Below, piece by piece: positions 1 to 18,305 of a DNA stretch of 64,000 nucleotides; the first letter of the stretch is position 1; every line of letters starts with the position of its first letter. The notes under the pieces are model-generated. The model saw only the letters and a program-made list of their open reading frames with translations, did not search any database and was not told the origin of the DNA. Source of the DNA: the human T2T-CHM13v2.0 reference genome, Homo sapiens; assembly GCF_009914755.1 (NCBI RefSeq), contig NC_060935.1. One strand, 5' to 3'. Position numbers and translations under genes: made by a program.

Positions 1-655
1 GTAGAATAAAAAGGTAAAACATTGATTAATCCAAGGTTAAAATAAGAAGAAACTGAAGACGACTGTTATTAAGGAAAATCGAAGAGGAAATTATCTTACT
101 TAATGAACTGGTTACAATTCCAGCAAAATTTGAAAGAGTTAAGTACTTAAAGATTTCTGCAACATTTATATAGCCAAAAACCACATGTCTTTATCCAAAG
201 CCAAATATTTTTCTCTCTAAATATAAAATTGCAGGATATAGTTTCCTAGGTTTACTTATTTACATCTACTTATAAAAACATTTCAGTTATAATTAATTTT
301 AGTGGACTCTCTTACTCATTGCCCCCAGCATATTCCTGTATATGCCTTTCTCATGATTACTCTAATATTTGTGACATAAAAGGTACAGTAACGCATTGCT
401 TAACAATGGGGATAAATTCTAAGCAATGTGTAGTTAGGCAATTTACTCACCATGCAAACACCATAGAGTATAGTTACACAAATGTAGATGGTATGGTTAA
501 CTACAATATGGGTTTGTGCTCTTGGCTACAAACCTGCACAGCCCATTACTGTACTGAATACTATAGGCAATGGTAACATAATGGTAAGTGTCTGTGTATC
601 TAAACAGACAAGGTACAGTAAAAATATGGTCAAAATTTTAAAAAAAAATAAAAAA

Positions 656-830
656 GGCTGGGTGTGGTGGCACATGCCTGTGGTCCCAGCTACTTGGGAG
701 GCTGAGGCAGGAGAATCACTTGAACCCGGGAGACAGAGTTACAATGTGCTGAGATCGAGACACTGCTCTTCAGCCTGGGCATTAGAATAAGACTCTGTTT
801 AAAAAAAAAAAAAAGAGAAAAATAAATAAA
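656..830 (+). mobile_element. Alu, right monomer only, with A tail
   Basis: GGCTGGGTGTGGTGGCACATGCCTGTGGTCCCAGCTACTTGGGAGGCTGAGGCAGGAGAATCACTTGAACCCGGG...CAGCCTGGGC...A14. Confidence 0.9.
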
Positions 831-943
831 GCAAAGGTATACCTGTATAGAGCATTTACCATGAATGGAGCTCATAGAATTGGAAGTTGCTCTGGGTGAG
901 TCAGTGAATTGATGAGATAGGCTAGGACGTTACTGGAGACTTT

Positions 944-1268
<325 letters not shown>

Positions 1269-1639
1269 TGACACTAAATTAATTTAAAATGACTTCTCTT
1301 TCTTCAGTAATAAATTAACCTTATCTGTGTATTTTTTACTCTGTAAACTGTAAATTTTTAATCTTTTTCCTCTTTTGTAACAATACATAGCTTAAAACAC
1401 AAGCACATAGTACAACTGTGCAAAAATATTTTCTTTCTTTACATCCTTATTCAATAAGTTTGCCTGTTTTTAAAATTATGTATTTCCTTTTACTTTTTAA
1501 ACTTTTATGTTAAAAATTAAGTCCCCTACACATTAGCCTAGGCCTACGCAGGGTCAGGATCATCAATATCACTGTCTTCCACCTGTACGTCTCCCACTGC
1601 AGGGTCTTGAGTGGCAATAACAGGAATTTACACAACACC

Positions 1640-1910
1640 TTAAAGATACAAACAGGCTAATCCAGCATGCAAGAAACTCCCCAGAACAAATAACTGGATT
1701 TCTTCAACAAATATGTTGCATAAAATAACAGAATAGAATTGCTTTTAAGCTAAAAGGTACTTAGGAGATGTGTCAGCCACATGTTTGTGTTTGCATGTGT
1801 GTGTGTGTGTTGGTGTGAACCTTGCTTGGACCCAGATTTAAACAAATCAGTAATATAAATGCCCTTTTTTAATGCAAGCATAATAAATTGAACACAGACT
1901 AGATATTAGA
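1640..1910 (+). mobile_element. Old L1M (MC/ME) 3' UTR fragment
   Basis: GTGAACCTTGCTTGGACCCAGATTTAAACAAA...TGAACACAGACTAGATATTAGAT resembles L1MC/ME 3' ends; highly diverged. Confidence 0.4.
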
Positions 1911-2269
1911 TTACAGCTGTTTACAGTTACACACTGTTATACTTTTTCAGACTTCTATAAATTCGTATGTATATACATTACATAAGTATCATAGGCACAT
2001 GTCTATTCACACATAGATTTCTATAATGTGTTTTTACTTTATTTGCTCATTTTATAAATTATCTTGGCTTTCCTTTTATGTCCATGTACATAGAGTCACC
2101 TTTTATTTTCATAATGCCTATATACTATTTAATTATACAGATATGCCAAAGTAATATTATTCCCTTATTAATGATAGCCATTTTGTTTTGTTTTGTTGTT
2201 GCTATTACAAACAATTACATATATCGTTGTGCAAACATTCTGTTGAGCCAATTGCTAGGAGAAAATACC

Positions 2270-2420
2270 CAATTTTTAAAAGAAGAGGAAATAGGGGCTC
2301 TGAAAGATTGACTTGCCTAGGATTACACAGTCTGTAAACAGCAGAGCTGGCACTGCAAACCTGGTGTCTGTGTCACTAAAAGCTGATCATATTTCCAATC
2401 GCTTTCACTGCCTTCTGCAC
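2270..2420 (-). mobile_element. MIR fragment
   Basis: GAGGAAATAGGGGCTCT...GACTTGCCTAGGATTACACAG...GCAGAGCTGG matches the MIR core in antisense. Confidence 0.6.
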
Positions 2421-2627
2421 TGGGGACTCATTTAGATGGTATAATATATTGACAGCAAAAATCTCAGAAGGGGGTGCCAGCAGCATCTCACTTATGTCTC
2501 TAATATTTCTGTGGTTCAGAAACATTACTCATTTTGGTAGCCAGTAAACTGATGGAATCCACAAACCATCCTCTCTTAGTATCTCAACAGTCCCCTGGAG
2601 GAACAAGGTGATGGCTAAATGATGAAC

Positions 2628-2801
2628 CAGTGGAAGCTGAAGAATTCCTGGCTAGGAATTATACTTGGTAACAAACACCCAGCCACACCCAGGGGCTTCA
2701 CTGTCAATTCTATTGACAAGAGAGCACAGGAGAAGGGAAAACAATGATGCCACTTGAGTGGATGGTTCTAAGAGAGGCTTTCCTGTCCTGTCCCCTTCCA
2801 A
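2628..2801. repeat. Unassigned dispersed repeat, copy A
   Basis: About 70% identical by eye over ~170 nt to 18135-18305, same orientation. Confidence 0.75.
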
Positions 2802-5249
2802 GGGGAAAGGGGGCTACCTGGAAATAAGAAGGCATTTGTTTGTTGGTTGGTTGGTTGGTTGTGGTATCACCCTACCTTGTTTTGTCCATCTTGGGTGAAG
2901 AAGGTGTTTCTTAGCAAGAACAATAACATCCTTGCAATATGCTGTTCCCTCCATGTGATACGTAATACTGGTTGATTAGGAGCACAAAGACTGGGGAGGT
3001 GGCAACCACCTTAAAGAAAAACAAATTCTATAAAGTCACAACGAGACGAAAAGGGGACTTCTGGTGTGGCTTTGGGAAGGATTCTGGCTGGTATGAGATT
3101 CTCTTAGTTTTCAGAAAGGATCTTTCTTTCTAAGCCCACACGATTTCTTGGTCAAGTGGACAATAGGTGTTAAGAAATATGAGGCATGCCATTTACTCCC
3201 TGTAAAACTGAAATCTGTAAAACTGAAATGTAAATGTAGTGTTTGATGGAATGCCTCCCTGGACATTTATAGCCTTTATACTTTGTAATTACATTAAGCA
3301 ACTAAAAATAATATTATGTAGGTAATTATGGAACTAATTGGCTTTCTGTGTCATTTTCTTTATTTTTCTTTTCAACTTTTATTTTAGGTTCAGGGGTACA
3401 TGTACAGGTTTGTTACATGGGTCAATTGTGTGTTGCTGGGTTTTGATGTACAAATAATTTCATCACCCAGGTAGTGAGCATAGGGAGTTTTTCAATCCTC
3501 CTTTCCTCCCATCTTCCAGCCTCAAGTAGGCCCCATGGCCTCTTGTTACCCTCTTTGCATCCATGTGTACTCAATGTTTAGCTCCCACTTATAAGTGAGA
3601 AATTGTGGGATTTGGTTTTCTGTTCCTGCATAAATTTGCCTGAATAATGGCCTCCAGCTGCGTCCATGTTACTGCAAAGGACGTGATTTCCTTTTTATGG
3701 CTGCATAGTAATCTTTGGTGAGAATGTACCACATTTTCTTTATCCAGTCCACCACTGATGAGCATCTACATTGATTCCATGTCTTTGCTACTGCAAGTAG
3801 TGCTGCAATGAACATACATGTGCACATGTCTTATGTAATAACAATTTTCATTCCTTTGGGCATATACCCAATAATGAGATTGCTGGGTTGAATGGGAGTT
3901 CTGTATAAGTTGTTTGAGAAGTTGACAAAGCATTTTCCAAATTGGCTGAATTGATTACATTCTCAACAGCAGTATACAAGAGTCCCCTTTCCTCCACAGC
4001 CTTATCAGCATCTGTTATTTTCTGACTTCTTAATCATAGCTATTGTGACTAGTGTGAGATGGTATCTCACTGTGGTTTTGGTTTGCATTTTTCTAATGAT
4101 TAGTGATGTTGAGCATTTTTCATGTGCTTGTTGGCCATGCATATGTCCTTTTCTGACAAGTGCCTGTTTGTGTCCTTTGCCCATTTTTAATAAGTTGTTT
4201 GTTTTTGCTTACTAAGTTTCTTAATTTCTGGATATTAGACCTTTGTCAGATGCATAGTTTGCAAATATATTCTCTTATTCTGTAAGTTGTTTACTCTGTT
4301 GACAATTTATTTTTCTGTCCAGAAACTCTTTAGCTTAATTAAGTCCCAGTTGTCTATTTATTTGTTTTTTGTTAAAATTGCTTTTGAGGACATTGTCATG
4401 AAATCTTTGTAAAGGCCTATGTCCAGAATGGTATTTCCTGTGTTTTCTTTTAGGGCTTTTATAGCTTTAGGTTTTAGATTTCAGTTTTTAAACCATCTTG
4501 AGTAGATTATTGTACATGGTAAAAGGAAGGAGTCCAGTTTCAATATTCTACATATAGCTAGCCAGTTCTCCCAGCACAATTTTTGACATAGGGAGTACTT
4601 TCCCCATTTCTTGGTATGGTTGACTTTGGAAAAAGTCAGATGGGTTGTAGGTATGTGGATTTATTTCTGATTTCTCCAACCTGTTGCATTGGTCTATGTG
4701 TCTGGTTTTGTAGCACTATCATGATGTTTTGTTTACTGTAGCTATGCAGTATAGTTTGAAGTTGGTAGTGTAATGCCTCTGGCTTTTTTCTGTTTGCTTA
4801 GGATCACTCTGGGTATTCGGGCTCATTTTTGGTTTCATATACATTTTCAAATATTATTTTTCCAATTCTGTGAAAAACGATGTTGGAAGTTTGATACAAA
4901 TAGCACTGAATCTGAAAATTGCTTTGGGAAGTATGTCCATTTTAACAATATTGATTCTCCCTACATATGAACACGGCATGTTTTTCCATTTGTTTATATA
5001 ATCTCTGATTTCTTTCAGCAGTGTTTTGTAGTTCTTCTTTTTTTATATATACTTTAAGTTTTAGGGTACGTGTGCACAACATGCATGTTACTTACATATG
5101 TATACGTGTCCCATGTTGGTGTGCTGCACCCATTAACTCGTCATTTAACATTAAGTATATCTCCTAATGCTATCCCTCCCCTTCCCCTCACCCCACAACA
5201 GGCCCCAGTGTGTGATGTTCCCCTTCCTGTGTCCACGTGTTCTCATTGC

Positions 5250-9226
<3,977 letters not shown>

Positions 9227-9289
9227 TATGATGTTAGCTGGTTATTTTGCTCGTTGGTTGACGCAGTTTCTTCCTAGCCTTGATGGTCT

Positions 9290-10301
9290 TTACAATTTGG
9301 CATGTTTTTGCAGTGGCTGGTACCAGTTGTTCCTTTCCATGTTTAGTGCTTACCTCAGGAGATCCTTTAGGGCAGGCCTGGTGGTGGCAAAATCTCTCAG
9401 CATTTGCTTGTCTGTAAAGTATTTTATTTCTCCTTCACTTATGAAACTTAGTTTGTCTGGATATGAAATTCTGGGTTGAAAATTCTTTTCTTTAAGAATG
9501 TTGAATATTGGCCCCCACTCTCTTCTGGCTTGTAGAGTTTTGCTGAGAGATCAGCTGTTAGTCTAATGGGCTTCCCTTTGTGGGTAACCCGACCTTTCTC
9601 TCTGGCTGCACTTAACATTTTTTCTTTCATTTCAACTTTGGTGAATCTGACAATTATATGTCTTGGAGTTGCTCTTCTCGAGGAATATCTTTGTGGCGTT
9701 CTCTGTATTTCCTGAATTTGAATGTTGGCCTGCCTTCCTAGATTGGGGAAGTTCTCCTGGATAATATCCTGCAGAGTGTTTTCCAACTTGGTTCCATTCT
9801 CCCTGTCACTTTCAGGTACACCAATCAGACGTAGATTTGGTCTTTTCACATAGTCCCATATTTCTTGGAGGCTTTGTTCGTTTCTCTTTATTCTTTTTTC
9901 TCTAAACTTCTCTTCTCGCTCCATTTCATTCATTTGGTCTTCCATCACTGATACCCTTTCTCCAGTTGATCGAATTGGCTACTGAGGCTTGTGCATTCAT
10001 CATGTAGTTCTTGTGCCTTGGTTTTCAGCTCCATCAGGTCCTTTAAGGACTTCTCTGGATTAGTTATTCTAGTTAGCCATTCGTCTAATTTTTTTTCAAG
10101 GTTTTTAACTTCTTTGCCATGGGTTCGAAATTCCTCCTTTAGCTCGGAGTAGTTTGTTCGTCTGAAGCCTTCTCTCAACTCATCAAAGTCATTCTCCATC
10201 CAGCTTTGTTCCGTTGCTGGTGAGGAGCTGCATTCCTTTGGAGGAGGAGAGGCGCTCTGATTTTTAGAGTTTCCAGTTTTTCTGCTCTGTTTTTTCCCCA
10301 T
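9290..10301 (-). pseudogene. L1 ORF1p, frameshifted
   Basis: MGKKQSRKTGNSKNQSASPPPKE... split across ORFs 9945-10301 and 9448-9948. Confidence 0.92.
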
Positions 10302-11340
10302 CTTTGTGGTTTTATCTACCTTTGGTCTTTGATGATGGTGACGTACAGATGGGGTTTTGGTGTGGATGTCCTTTCTGTTTGTTAGTTTTCCTTCTAACAG
10401 TCAGAACTCTCAGCTGCAGGTCTGTTGGAGTTTGCTGGAGGTCCACTCCAGACCCTGTTTGCCTGGGTATCAGCAGCGGAGGCTGCAGAACAGCGGATAC
10501 TGGTGAGCAGCAAATGTTGCTGCCTGATCATTCCTCTGGAAGTTTTGTCCCAGAGGAGTACCCAGCTGTGTGAGGTGTCAGTCTGCCCCTACTGGGGGGT
10601 GCCTCCCAGTTAGGCTTTTCGGGGGTCAGGGGCCCACTTGAGGAGGCAGTCTGTCTGTTCTCAGATCTCCAGCTGCATGCTGGGAGAACCACTACTCTCT
10701 TCAAAGCTATCAGACAGGGACATTTAAGTCTGCAGAGGATTTTGCTGCCTTTTGTTTGGCTGTTCCCTGCCCCCAGAGGTGGAGTCTACAGAGGCAGGCA
10801 GGCCTCCTTGAGCTGTGGTGAGCTCCACCCAGTTCGAGCTTCCTGGCCACTTTGTTTACCTACTCAAGCCTCAGCAATGGCAGGTGCCCCTCCCCGAGCC
10901 TCGCTGCCTCCTTGCAGTTTGATCTCAGACTGCTGTGCTAGCAATAAGCAAGGCTCCATGGGCTTAGGACCCTCCAAGCCAGGCATGGGGTATAATCTCC
11001 TGGTGTGCTGTTTGCTAAGACCATTGGAAAAGCGCAGTATTAGGGTGGGAGTGACCTGATTTTCCAGGTGCCATCTGTCACCCCTTTCTTTGACTAGGAA
11101 AGGGAATTCCCTGACCCCTTGCGCTTCCCGGGTGAGGCAATGTCTCGCCCTGCTTCTGCTCACGCTGGGTGCAGTGCACCCACTGTCCTGCACCCACTTT
11201 CCAACACTCCCCAGTGTCACTCCCCAGTGAGATGAGCCTGGTACCTCAGTTGGAAATGCAGAAATCACCCATCTTCTGCGTCGCTCACACTGGGAGCTCT
11301 AGACTGGAGCTGTTCCTATTCGGCCATCTTGGCTCCACCC
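10302..11340 (-). promoter_or_regulatory. L1 5'UTR internal sense/antisense promoter with YY1 site
   Basis: CGGCCATCTTGG at 11321-11332 (CAAGATGGCCG on the L1 strand); CpG-decayed 5'UTR. Confidence 0.8.
10877..11059 (+). pseudogene. L1 antisense ORF0 homolog, truncated at 60 aa
   Basis: GCAATGG Kozak context; MAGAPPRASLPPCSLISDCCASN...RSIRVGVT*, with a CGA>TGA stop. Confidence 0.8.
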
Positions 11341-12215
11341 AGTCTTTTGTAATTCTAATTGTAGAGATCTCTCATCTCCCTGGTTGGCTGTATTCCGAAG
11401 TATTTTATTGTTTTTGTGACTATTGTGAAGGATATTGCATGCTTGATTTGGCTCCTAGCTTGGACATTATCAGTGTGTACAAATGCTACTGCTCTTTGTA
11501 CATTAATTTAGTATCCTGAAGCTTTACTGACCTTGTTTATTAGTTCTAGTGGTCATTGTGTAGACACCATGGGTTTTCTGTGTAGGGAATTGTATCATTT
11601 GAGAAGAGAGAGAATTTGATTTCATCTCTTCCTGTTTGGATGCCTTTTGTATTTTTCTCATGCCTGATTGTTCTGGCTAGGACTTCCAGTATTATGTTGA
11701 ATAGGGGTGGTGAGAGTGAACATACTTGTCTTATTCCATTTCTCAAGTGAAATGCTTTCAGCTTTTTCCCATTCAGTATGACATTAGCTGTGGGTCTGTC
11801 ATAGATGGCTGTCATTATTTTGAGGTATATTCCTTCAATGCCTAGTTTGTTGATGGTTTTAATATGAATGGATGTTAAATTTTATCAAAACCCTTTATGC
11901 GTCTTTTGAGAAGATCATGTGGTTTTTGTTTTTAGTTCTGTTCATGTGATAAATCATATTTATTGATTTGCATATATTGAACCAACCTCACCTATCAGAA
12001 ATAAAGCCTACTTTCTCATGGTGGATTAACTTTTTGATATCCTGCTGACTTTGATTTGCTAGTATTTTATTGAGGATTTTTGTGTCTAAGTTCATCAGGT
12101 ATATTGTCATGAAGTTTGTGTTTTTCATTGTGTCTCTACCAGGTTTTGGTATCAGAATGATTCTGGCCTTATAGAATGAATTAGGAAAAAGTCTCTCCTC
12201 AGCTTTTTGGCATAG

Positions 12216-12601
<386 letters not shown>

Positions 12602-14564
12602 TGGTAGCTTTTTTATTACTGATTCAATTTTGGAAATTATTATTGATGTCTTCAAGTATTCAATTTCTTCATGGTTCAATCTTGGGAGGTTTTATGTTTC
12701 CAGGAACTTACTCATTTATTCTATGTTTTCTAATTTGTGTGCACAGAGGCGTTTGTAATAGTCCCTGAGGACTTCTTGTATTTCTTTGGGTTCATTGGTA
12801 ATGTCACCCTTGTCATTTCTGATTATGTTTATTTAGAGCTTCTCTCTTTTTTCTTTTTTAGCCTAGCTAGCAGTTTATCAATCTTATTTATTTTTTCAAA
12901 AAACAAACTTTTGCTTTCATTGAACTTTTGTATGGATTTTTGTGTCTCAAGTTTGTTCAGTACAATTCTGATTTGGGTTATTTATTTTCTTCTGCTAGCT
13001 TTGAGGTTGGTTGGCTCTTGTTTTCCTAGTTCCTTTCGGTGTGATGTTAAGTTTCTAATTAAAGATATTTCTAAATTTTTGATATTGGCATTTAATGCTA
13101 TGATCTTTGATCTTAACACTGCTTTAGCTGTGTCCCAGAGATTCTTTGTATGATGTACCTTTGTTTTCATTAGTTTCAAATAATTTCTTGATTTCTGCTT
13201 TAATTTTGTCATTTACCCAAAAGCCATTCGAGAGCAGGTTGTATAATTTCCATGTAATTGTATAGTTTTGAGAGATCTTCTTGGTATTAATGTCTATTTT
13301 TATTATGCTGTGGCTCAATAGTGTGGTTGATGTAATTTTCCTTTGTGAAGTTTCCTTAGAATTGCTTTGTGGCAGAGTGTGGTCAATCTTAGAGTATGTG
13401 CCATTTACAGATGATAATATTATATATTCTGTTGTTTTGGGTGAAGTGTTCTGTAGATATCTTATAGGTCTATTTGGTCAAGTGTTGAGTTTAGGTCCTG
13501 AATATCTGTTAGTCTTCTGCCTCAGTGATCTGTCTAAAACTGTCAGTGAGGTGTTGAAGTCTCCCCCTACTATTGTGTGGTTATCTAAGTCTCTTTGTAG
13601 GTCTTTAAGAACTTGTTTTATGAATGTGGGTGCTCCAGTGTTGGGTGCATGTATGTTTAGGATAGTTAAGTCTTCTTGTTTAATTGAACCATTTATCATT
13701 ATGTAATGCCCTTCTTTTTCCTTTTTGATCATTCTTAAAGTCTGGTTTGTCTTTATAAAAGACAAATAAGAATTAAAAACTCCTGCTTCTTTTGTTTTCT
13801 GTCTGCTTTATAGATCTTTCTCCATCCCTTTACTTTGAGCCTGTATGTGTCACTGCATGTGAGGTGAATCTCGTGAAGACAGCATACAGCTGGATCTGCT
13901 TTTTTTTATACAATTTGCCACGCTGTGCCTTTTAAGTGGGGCATTTTGCCTATTTACATTCTAAGAGATTATTGATAGGTAAGGATTTGATCATGTCCTC
14001 ATGCTGTCAGCTGGTTGTTATATAGACTTGATTGTATAGTTGCTTTATAGTGTCAGTGGGCTATGTACTTCAGTGTGTTTTGTGGTGGCAGTTAACAGTC
14101 TTTTGTTTCCATGTTTAGCATTCTCTGAAGGACATCTTATAAGGCAGATCCAGTGGTAATGAATTCCCTAGGCATTTGCTTGTCTGAAAATAGTTTTATT
14201 GCTCCTTCACTTAGTTTGGCTGGATATGAAATTATTAGTTGGAGTTTCTTTTCATTAAAGATGCTATATAGAGGCCTCAATTTCTTTTGGTTTGTAAGGT
14301 TTCTGCTAAAAGTTTTTCTGTTAGCTTGATGGCGTTCCATTTGAAGGTGACCTGTCCCTTCTCCCCATCTGCCTGTAAATTTTTTTTCTTTCAGATTAAC
14401 CTTGGAGAATCTACTGATTACGTGTTTTGGGGATGGTCATGGTATATACTATCTAACAGGGGTTCTCTGAATTTCCTGAATTTGCACAATGACCTGTGTA
14501 GCTAGGTTGGAAAATTTTTGTGGACAATATCCTCAAATATGTCTTCCAAGTTGTTGGTTCTCGT

Positions 14565-14590
14565 TCTCTCTCTCTCTCTCTCTCTCTCTC
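14565..14590. repeat. (TC)n microsatellite inside old L1 ORF1
   Basis: Direct reading. Confidence 0.9.
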
Positions 14591-16904
14591 CTTCTGGAAT
14601 GTCAGTGAGTCATAGGTTTGGTCTGTTTACATAATTCTATGTTTCTCAGATATTTTGTTCATTTTTAATTTTTTTTTCATTTTTTTGGTGTGACTGGGTT
14701 GATTTGAAAAACTAGTCTTGAAGCTGTGATATTCTTTCCACAGCTTGGTCTATTCTGCTATTAATACTTCCAATTCTATTATGAAATTCTTGTAGTAAGG
14801 TTTTGAGCTCTATAATATCATTTTGGTTCTTTCGTAAAATGGCTATTTCATCTTTTAGCTCTTCTATCATTTTATCGGATTCCTTAGTTTCCTTGTATTG
14901 GGGTTCAACTTTCTCCTGAAGCTCTGTGAGCTTCATTGCCATCCCGATTCTGAATTCTATGTCTGTCATTTTAACCATTTCAGTCTGGTTAAGGCCATTG
15001 CTGGTGAGCTAGTGCAGTCTTTTGGAGGTAGGACAGAAGATACTCTGGCTTTTAGAATTGCCTGAGTTCTCACATTGGTTCTTTCTTATCTGTGTGGACT
15101 GATGTTCCTTTAACATTTGAAATTGCTGTCCTTTGTATGGACCTTTTTACTTTTATATTATTTGGTGCCCTTTAGTGTTTAACTGTAGTACAAGTTGGGT
15201 TTTGTAATTTGCTTCATTTCTGGGTAATTATTTCAGAGGGCCAAAATTCAGCTCAGCCTGCTCGGACTGCATATTCTATCTCTGGGAGGCTGAGACAAGG
15301 CCCACATTTTTTCTCTGTCCCATTGAGGCTAGAGAAAAGCTTTTTTCTCTGGCCATGAATGTTAAGCACCTGTTGTCTTGAAGGGGCCAAGGTATTCCCA
15401 GTTCTCTGGCAACAACATTCTGTCAAAAGTGTTTTAGTGCACTGCTGGTAGGGAGGCAGTAGGTCCTGTGTGCAGTATGCACTGGCACTGAGGCAGCGGT
15501 GGGGTCCGTGCTTCTGTGCATGGTGGCAAAATGATGGAGGAAGGGTGTGGGTAGGTGCATGCCAGTAAGGCTCTGTCTGCAAAACAAGGCAAGGTCTGCC
15601 TCTGAAAAAGCCATGGTCGTAGCCACTGGCACATGCTTCAGTGGGGCAACTAAGGATGCCTTGCAAGTGGGTGCAGCCAGGCAGAGACCCTGGGAGAGGC
15701 CAGCAGACAGAGGGACACTCAGATCAGACTGGCTGCATCCCAAAGGCAAGATATCCCTTCTTTGTTCAGATTTGTCACTCAACAAAGGCTAAACCTACGT
15801 GCGGGAGTATGGCAAGCCTTGAGGGATGGGCATCCATGGCTATGCTTCACTGAAGCCATTTCCACACCAAACCCAATGGGCTCTATGCAGGCTGGAGTTC
15901 TGTCTCTGACAACTGACCTGGAAGTTTTCCCTTTCAGCTCAAATGTTTGTGGTGGTTGTGGGGTGCCATATATGTAGTATTCTGGAGGTCTATGGTGAGA
16001 GTGGGCCACTCCATGCCTATTTTACTCAGCCCTTCCCCGGGAGCCAGTCAAGGCCAGAAATGAGTCTTAGTAGTAGGCAATCCCATACAGCATTCCCGGC
16101 TTCCTCTCCTTTCAGCCCAGGGTCTGCATCCTTCCTCCATTTACTCTCAATGCCTCCTTTCCTAGAATCTGTTCAGGATGTTCTAGTCTTCTTGGTGGTC
16201 TGGTCTCTGTGAGAGAAGCTCTTTCTGGCTGACTCTAGTAAGCCATCTTTGCTAAGAAGATCTCTCCGTGTCCTTTTCTATAAATGTATTAATAGTTCAC
16301 ATTTTTACCTTGGAGTACTATTGACACAGTGGTAGAAGGACTTTTCATAAAGCGATTTCTATCATCAGGTGGATAATTCTAGATCCACTTTTGGTTACTA
16401 TGAGACTCAAGTGTCTTGGAAACTTCAAGGAATGACCTTGGAAAAGTCAGCTTGGCTTCCTTCTTTTCATAGGAAAATGGCAATAAAAAAGAAAGTACTT
16501 GCTCACACAAAAGAGACATAGGGTGTTTTCCAGGGACTTGTAGTCCTAGAGTCCACACAAAGCAAGAATTGTCTTTGCTCAACACTGCAGGGCAAATTAC
16601 AGTGATTTTGCCAACCCTGACAATCAAAATCCCTATAAAAAGTGAAAGATAAGAAGTCACTGATATTCCAACATCTGTAGATCCACTGTTGAGATTTTAG
16701 TGCATTTAATTTAAATCCTTTCTCTGTAGTATATGTGTGTTGTGGGATGCAGGGGGTGAGTGGCTTACATCAACTTTTGATAAAGTCATGGCCATATTGT
16801 TGGTGTAACTTCACATTCTGCTTATTTCACTATAAACCTTGTTTGTAACATAAACCTATTAACAAAAATAATTGCAATGCTGGCAGTTTTGGGTGGAGTA
16901 AGTA

Positions 16905-17060
16905 ATATCTTATCCTCATGCATTGTAAGGTTCATAGCTGACACCCATATAATGAAAGAGAGTTCTACAAAAGAATATCGTAACAAATATATTCAGTCAA
17001 AGTTTTATATGACATGAGAGCCCTCAGAAATGAAGACCCAAAGATCCAGGGAAAACTGTA
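16905..17060. mobile_element. ERV1-class LTR fragment (MER4-group-like)
   Basis: GACATGAGAGCCCTCAGAAATGAAGACCCAAAGATCCAGGGAAAACTGT resembles MER4-group LTRs as recalled. Confidence 0.4.
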
Positions 17061-17062
17061 CG

Positions 17063-17134
17063 GTGTGTGTGTGTATGTGTATACATATATATATGTGTAT
17101 ATGAAATACGCACACATACACATGTATATGTGTG
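17063..17134. repeat. Compound (TG/TA/CA)n purine-pyrimidine tract
   Basis: Direct reading. Confidence 0.85.
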
Positions 17135-17440
17135 TTTCCAACAGATTTGTATACACAGTGTACATAACTTTCAAATAATAATGTCATAAATAATGCAAGG
17201 ATTTGGTGCTAACAAATCTACACTACACAAAATAATAAATAAAGCTTGTCAGGGGAACAACATAAAAAGGAAAATCAGACTTTCAGAAGTAAAAACAAAT
17301 GTGTAGATATAATATGTTTTCTATTTATTTCTTTAAAATACATACTAATAAATAAAAAAATATGACATTGTCTTGTCAATTTTACAGCATATGTAGATAT
17401 AGTGCATATAAGAAACATGCCACAAAGAATAGAGAGTATC

Positions 17441-17802
17441 TGTATTAATCTGTTTTCACATTGCTATGAAGATACTATGTGAGACTGGGTAATTTATACA
17501 CAAAAAAGATATATCGACTCACAGTTCCACATGACTGAGAGGCCTCAGGTAACTTATAATTATGGTGGAAGGGGAAGCAGGCACACCTTACATGGCAGCA
17601 GGACAGAGAGAGGTACAAACGGGAAATGCCAGATGCTCATAAAATCATTAGACCTCATGAGAACTCACTCACTATCATCAGAACAGCATGGGACAAACCA
17701 CCCCCATAATCCAATCACTTCCCAACCAAATCTCTCCCTAAACACCTGGGGATTAGAATTCAAGATGAGATTTGGGTGGGAACACAAAGCCTAACCATAT
17801 TA
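17441..17802 (-). mobile_element. THE1D/MST-type MaLR solo LTR
   Basis: TGTATTAATCTGTTTTCACATTGCTAT...GATTTGGGTGGGAACACAAAGCCTAACCATATTA; flanks GTATC/GTATG fit a 5-bp TSD with one mismatch. Confidence 0.88.
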
Positions 17803-18134
17803 GTATGTAAGTGCATTTTCAAAGATTTTACATTTGAGGTAAAGTGGTATTATTATATATTAATTATAAATAGATTGCAAAAATTTAGGAAAATACATCT
17901 TCATTCCTAGAACAACCACTAAAATAAAATGAATTAATTAAAGTAAAATAAAATAAAACAATGCAAACAGGCATTGAGTAAAATTTAACAGAAAAATTAA
18001 AATGCAGTTATAAGTAATATTTACTTGACCCAAAGACAAGAATAATGGAGATGTAACAGGGGTCAGATTTGGACAGATTTCATGTACAGTGAGACAAACT
18101 TTGGATTCATCATGAGGATCATGGAGAGCTCCCA

Positions 18135-18305
18135 CAGTGAGAGCTGTAGAATTTCTCTCTAGGAATTAACACACACCTGACCACCTGACCACCCCTAGAG
18201 GCTTCACTTTCTATTTCATTGAATTGACGACTCAGGAGAATAAACAACCACCATACTACTTGAGTGGGTTGCTCTGAGAATCTTCCCTGTCCTGTCTCCT
18301 TCCAA
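18135..18305. repeat. Unassigned dispersed repeat, copy B
   Basis: Homologous to 2628-2801. Confidence 0.75.

Noticed and set aside
3200-3229. 15-bp tandem duplication CTGTAAAACTGAAAT x2
   Set aside because: Real, but an ordinary slippage event with no functional clue.
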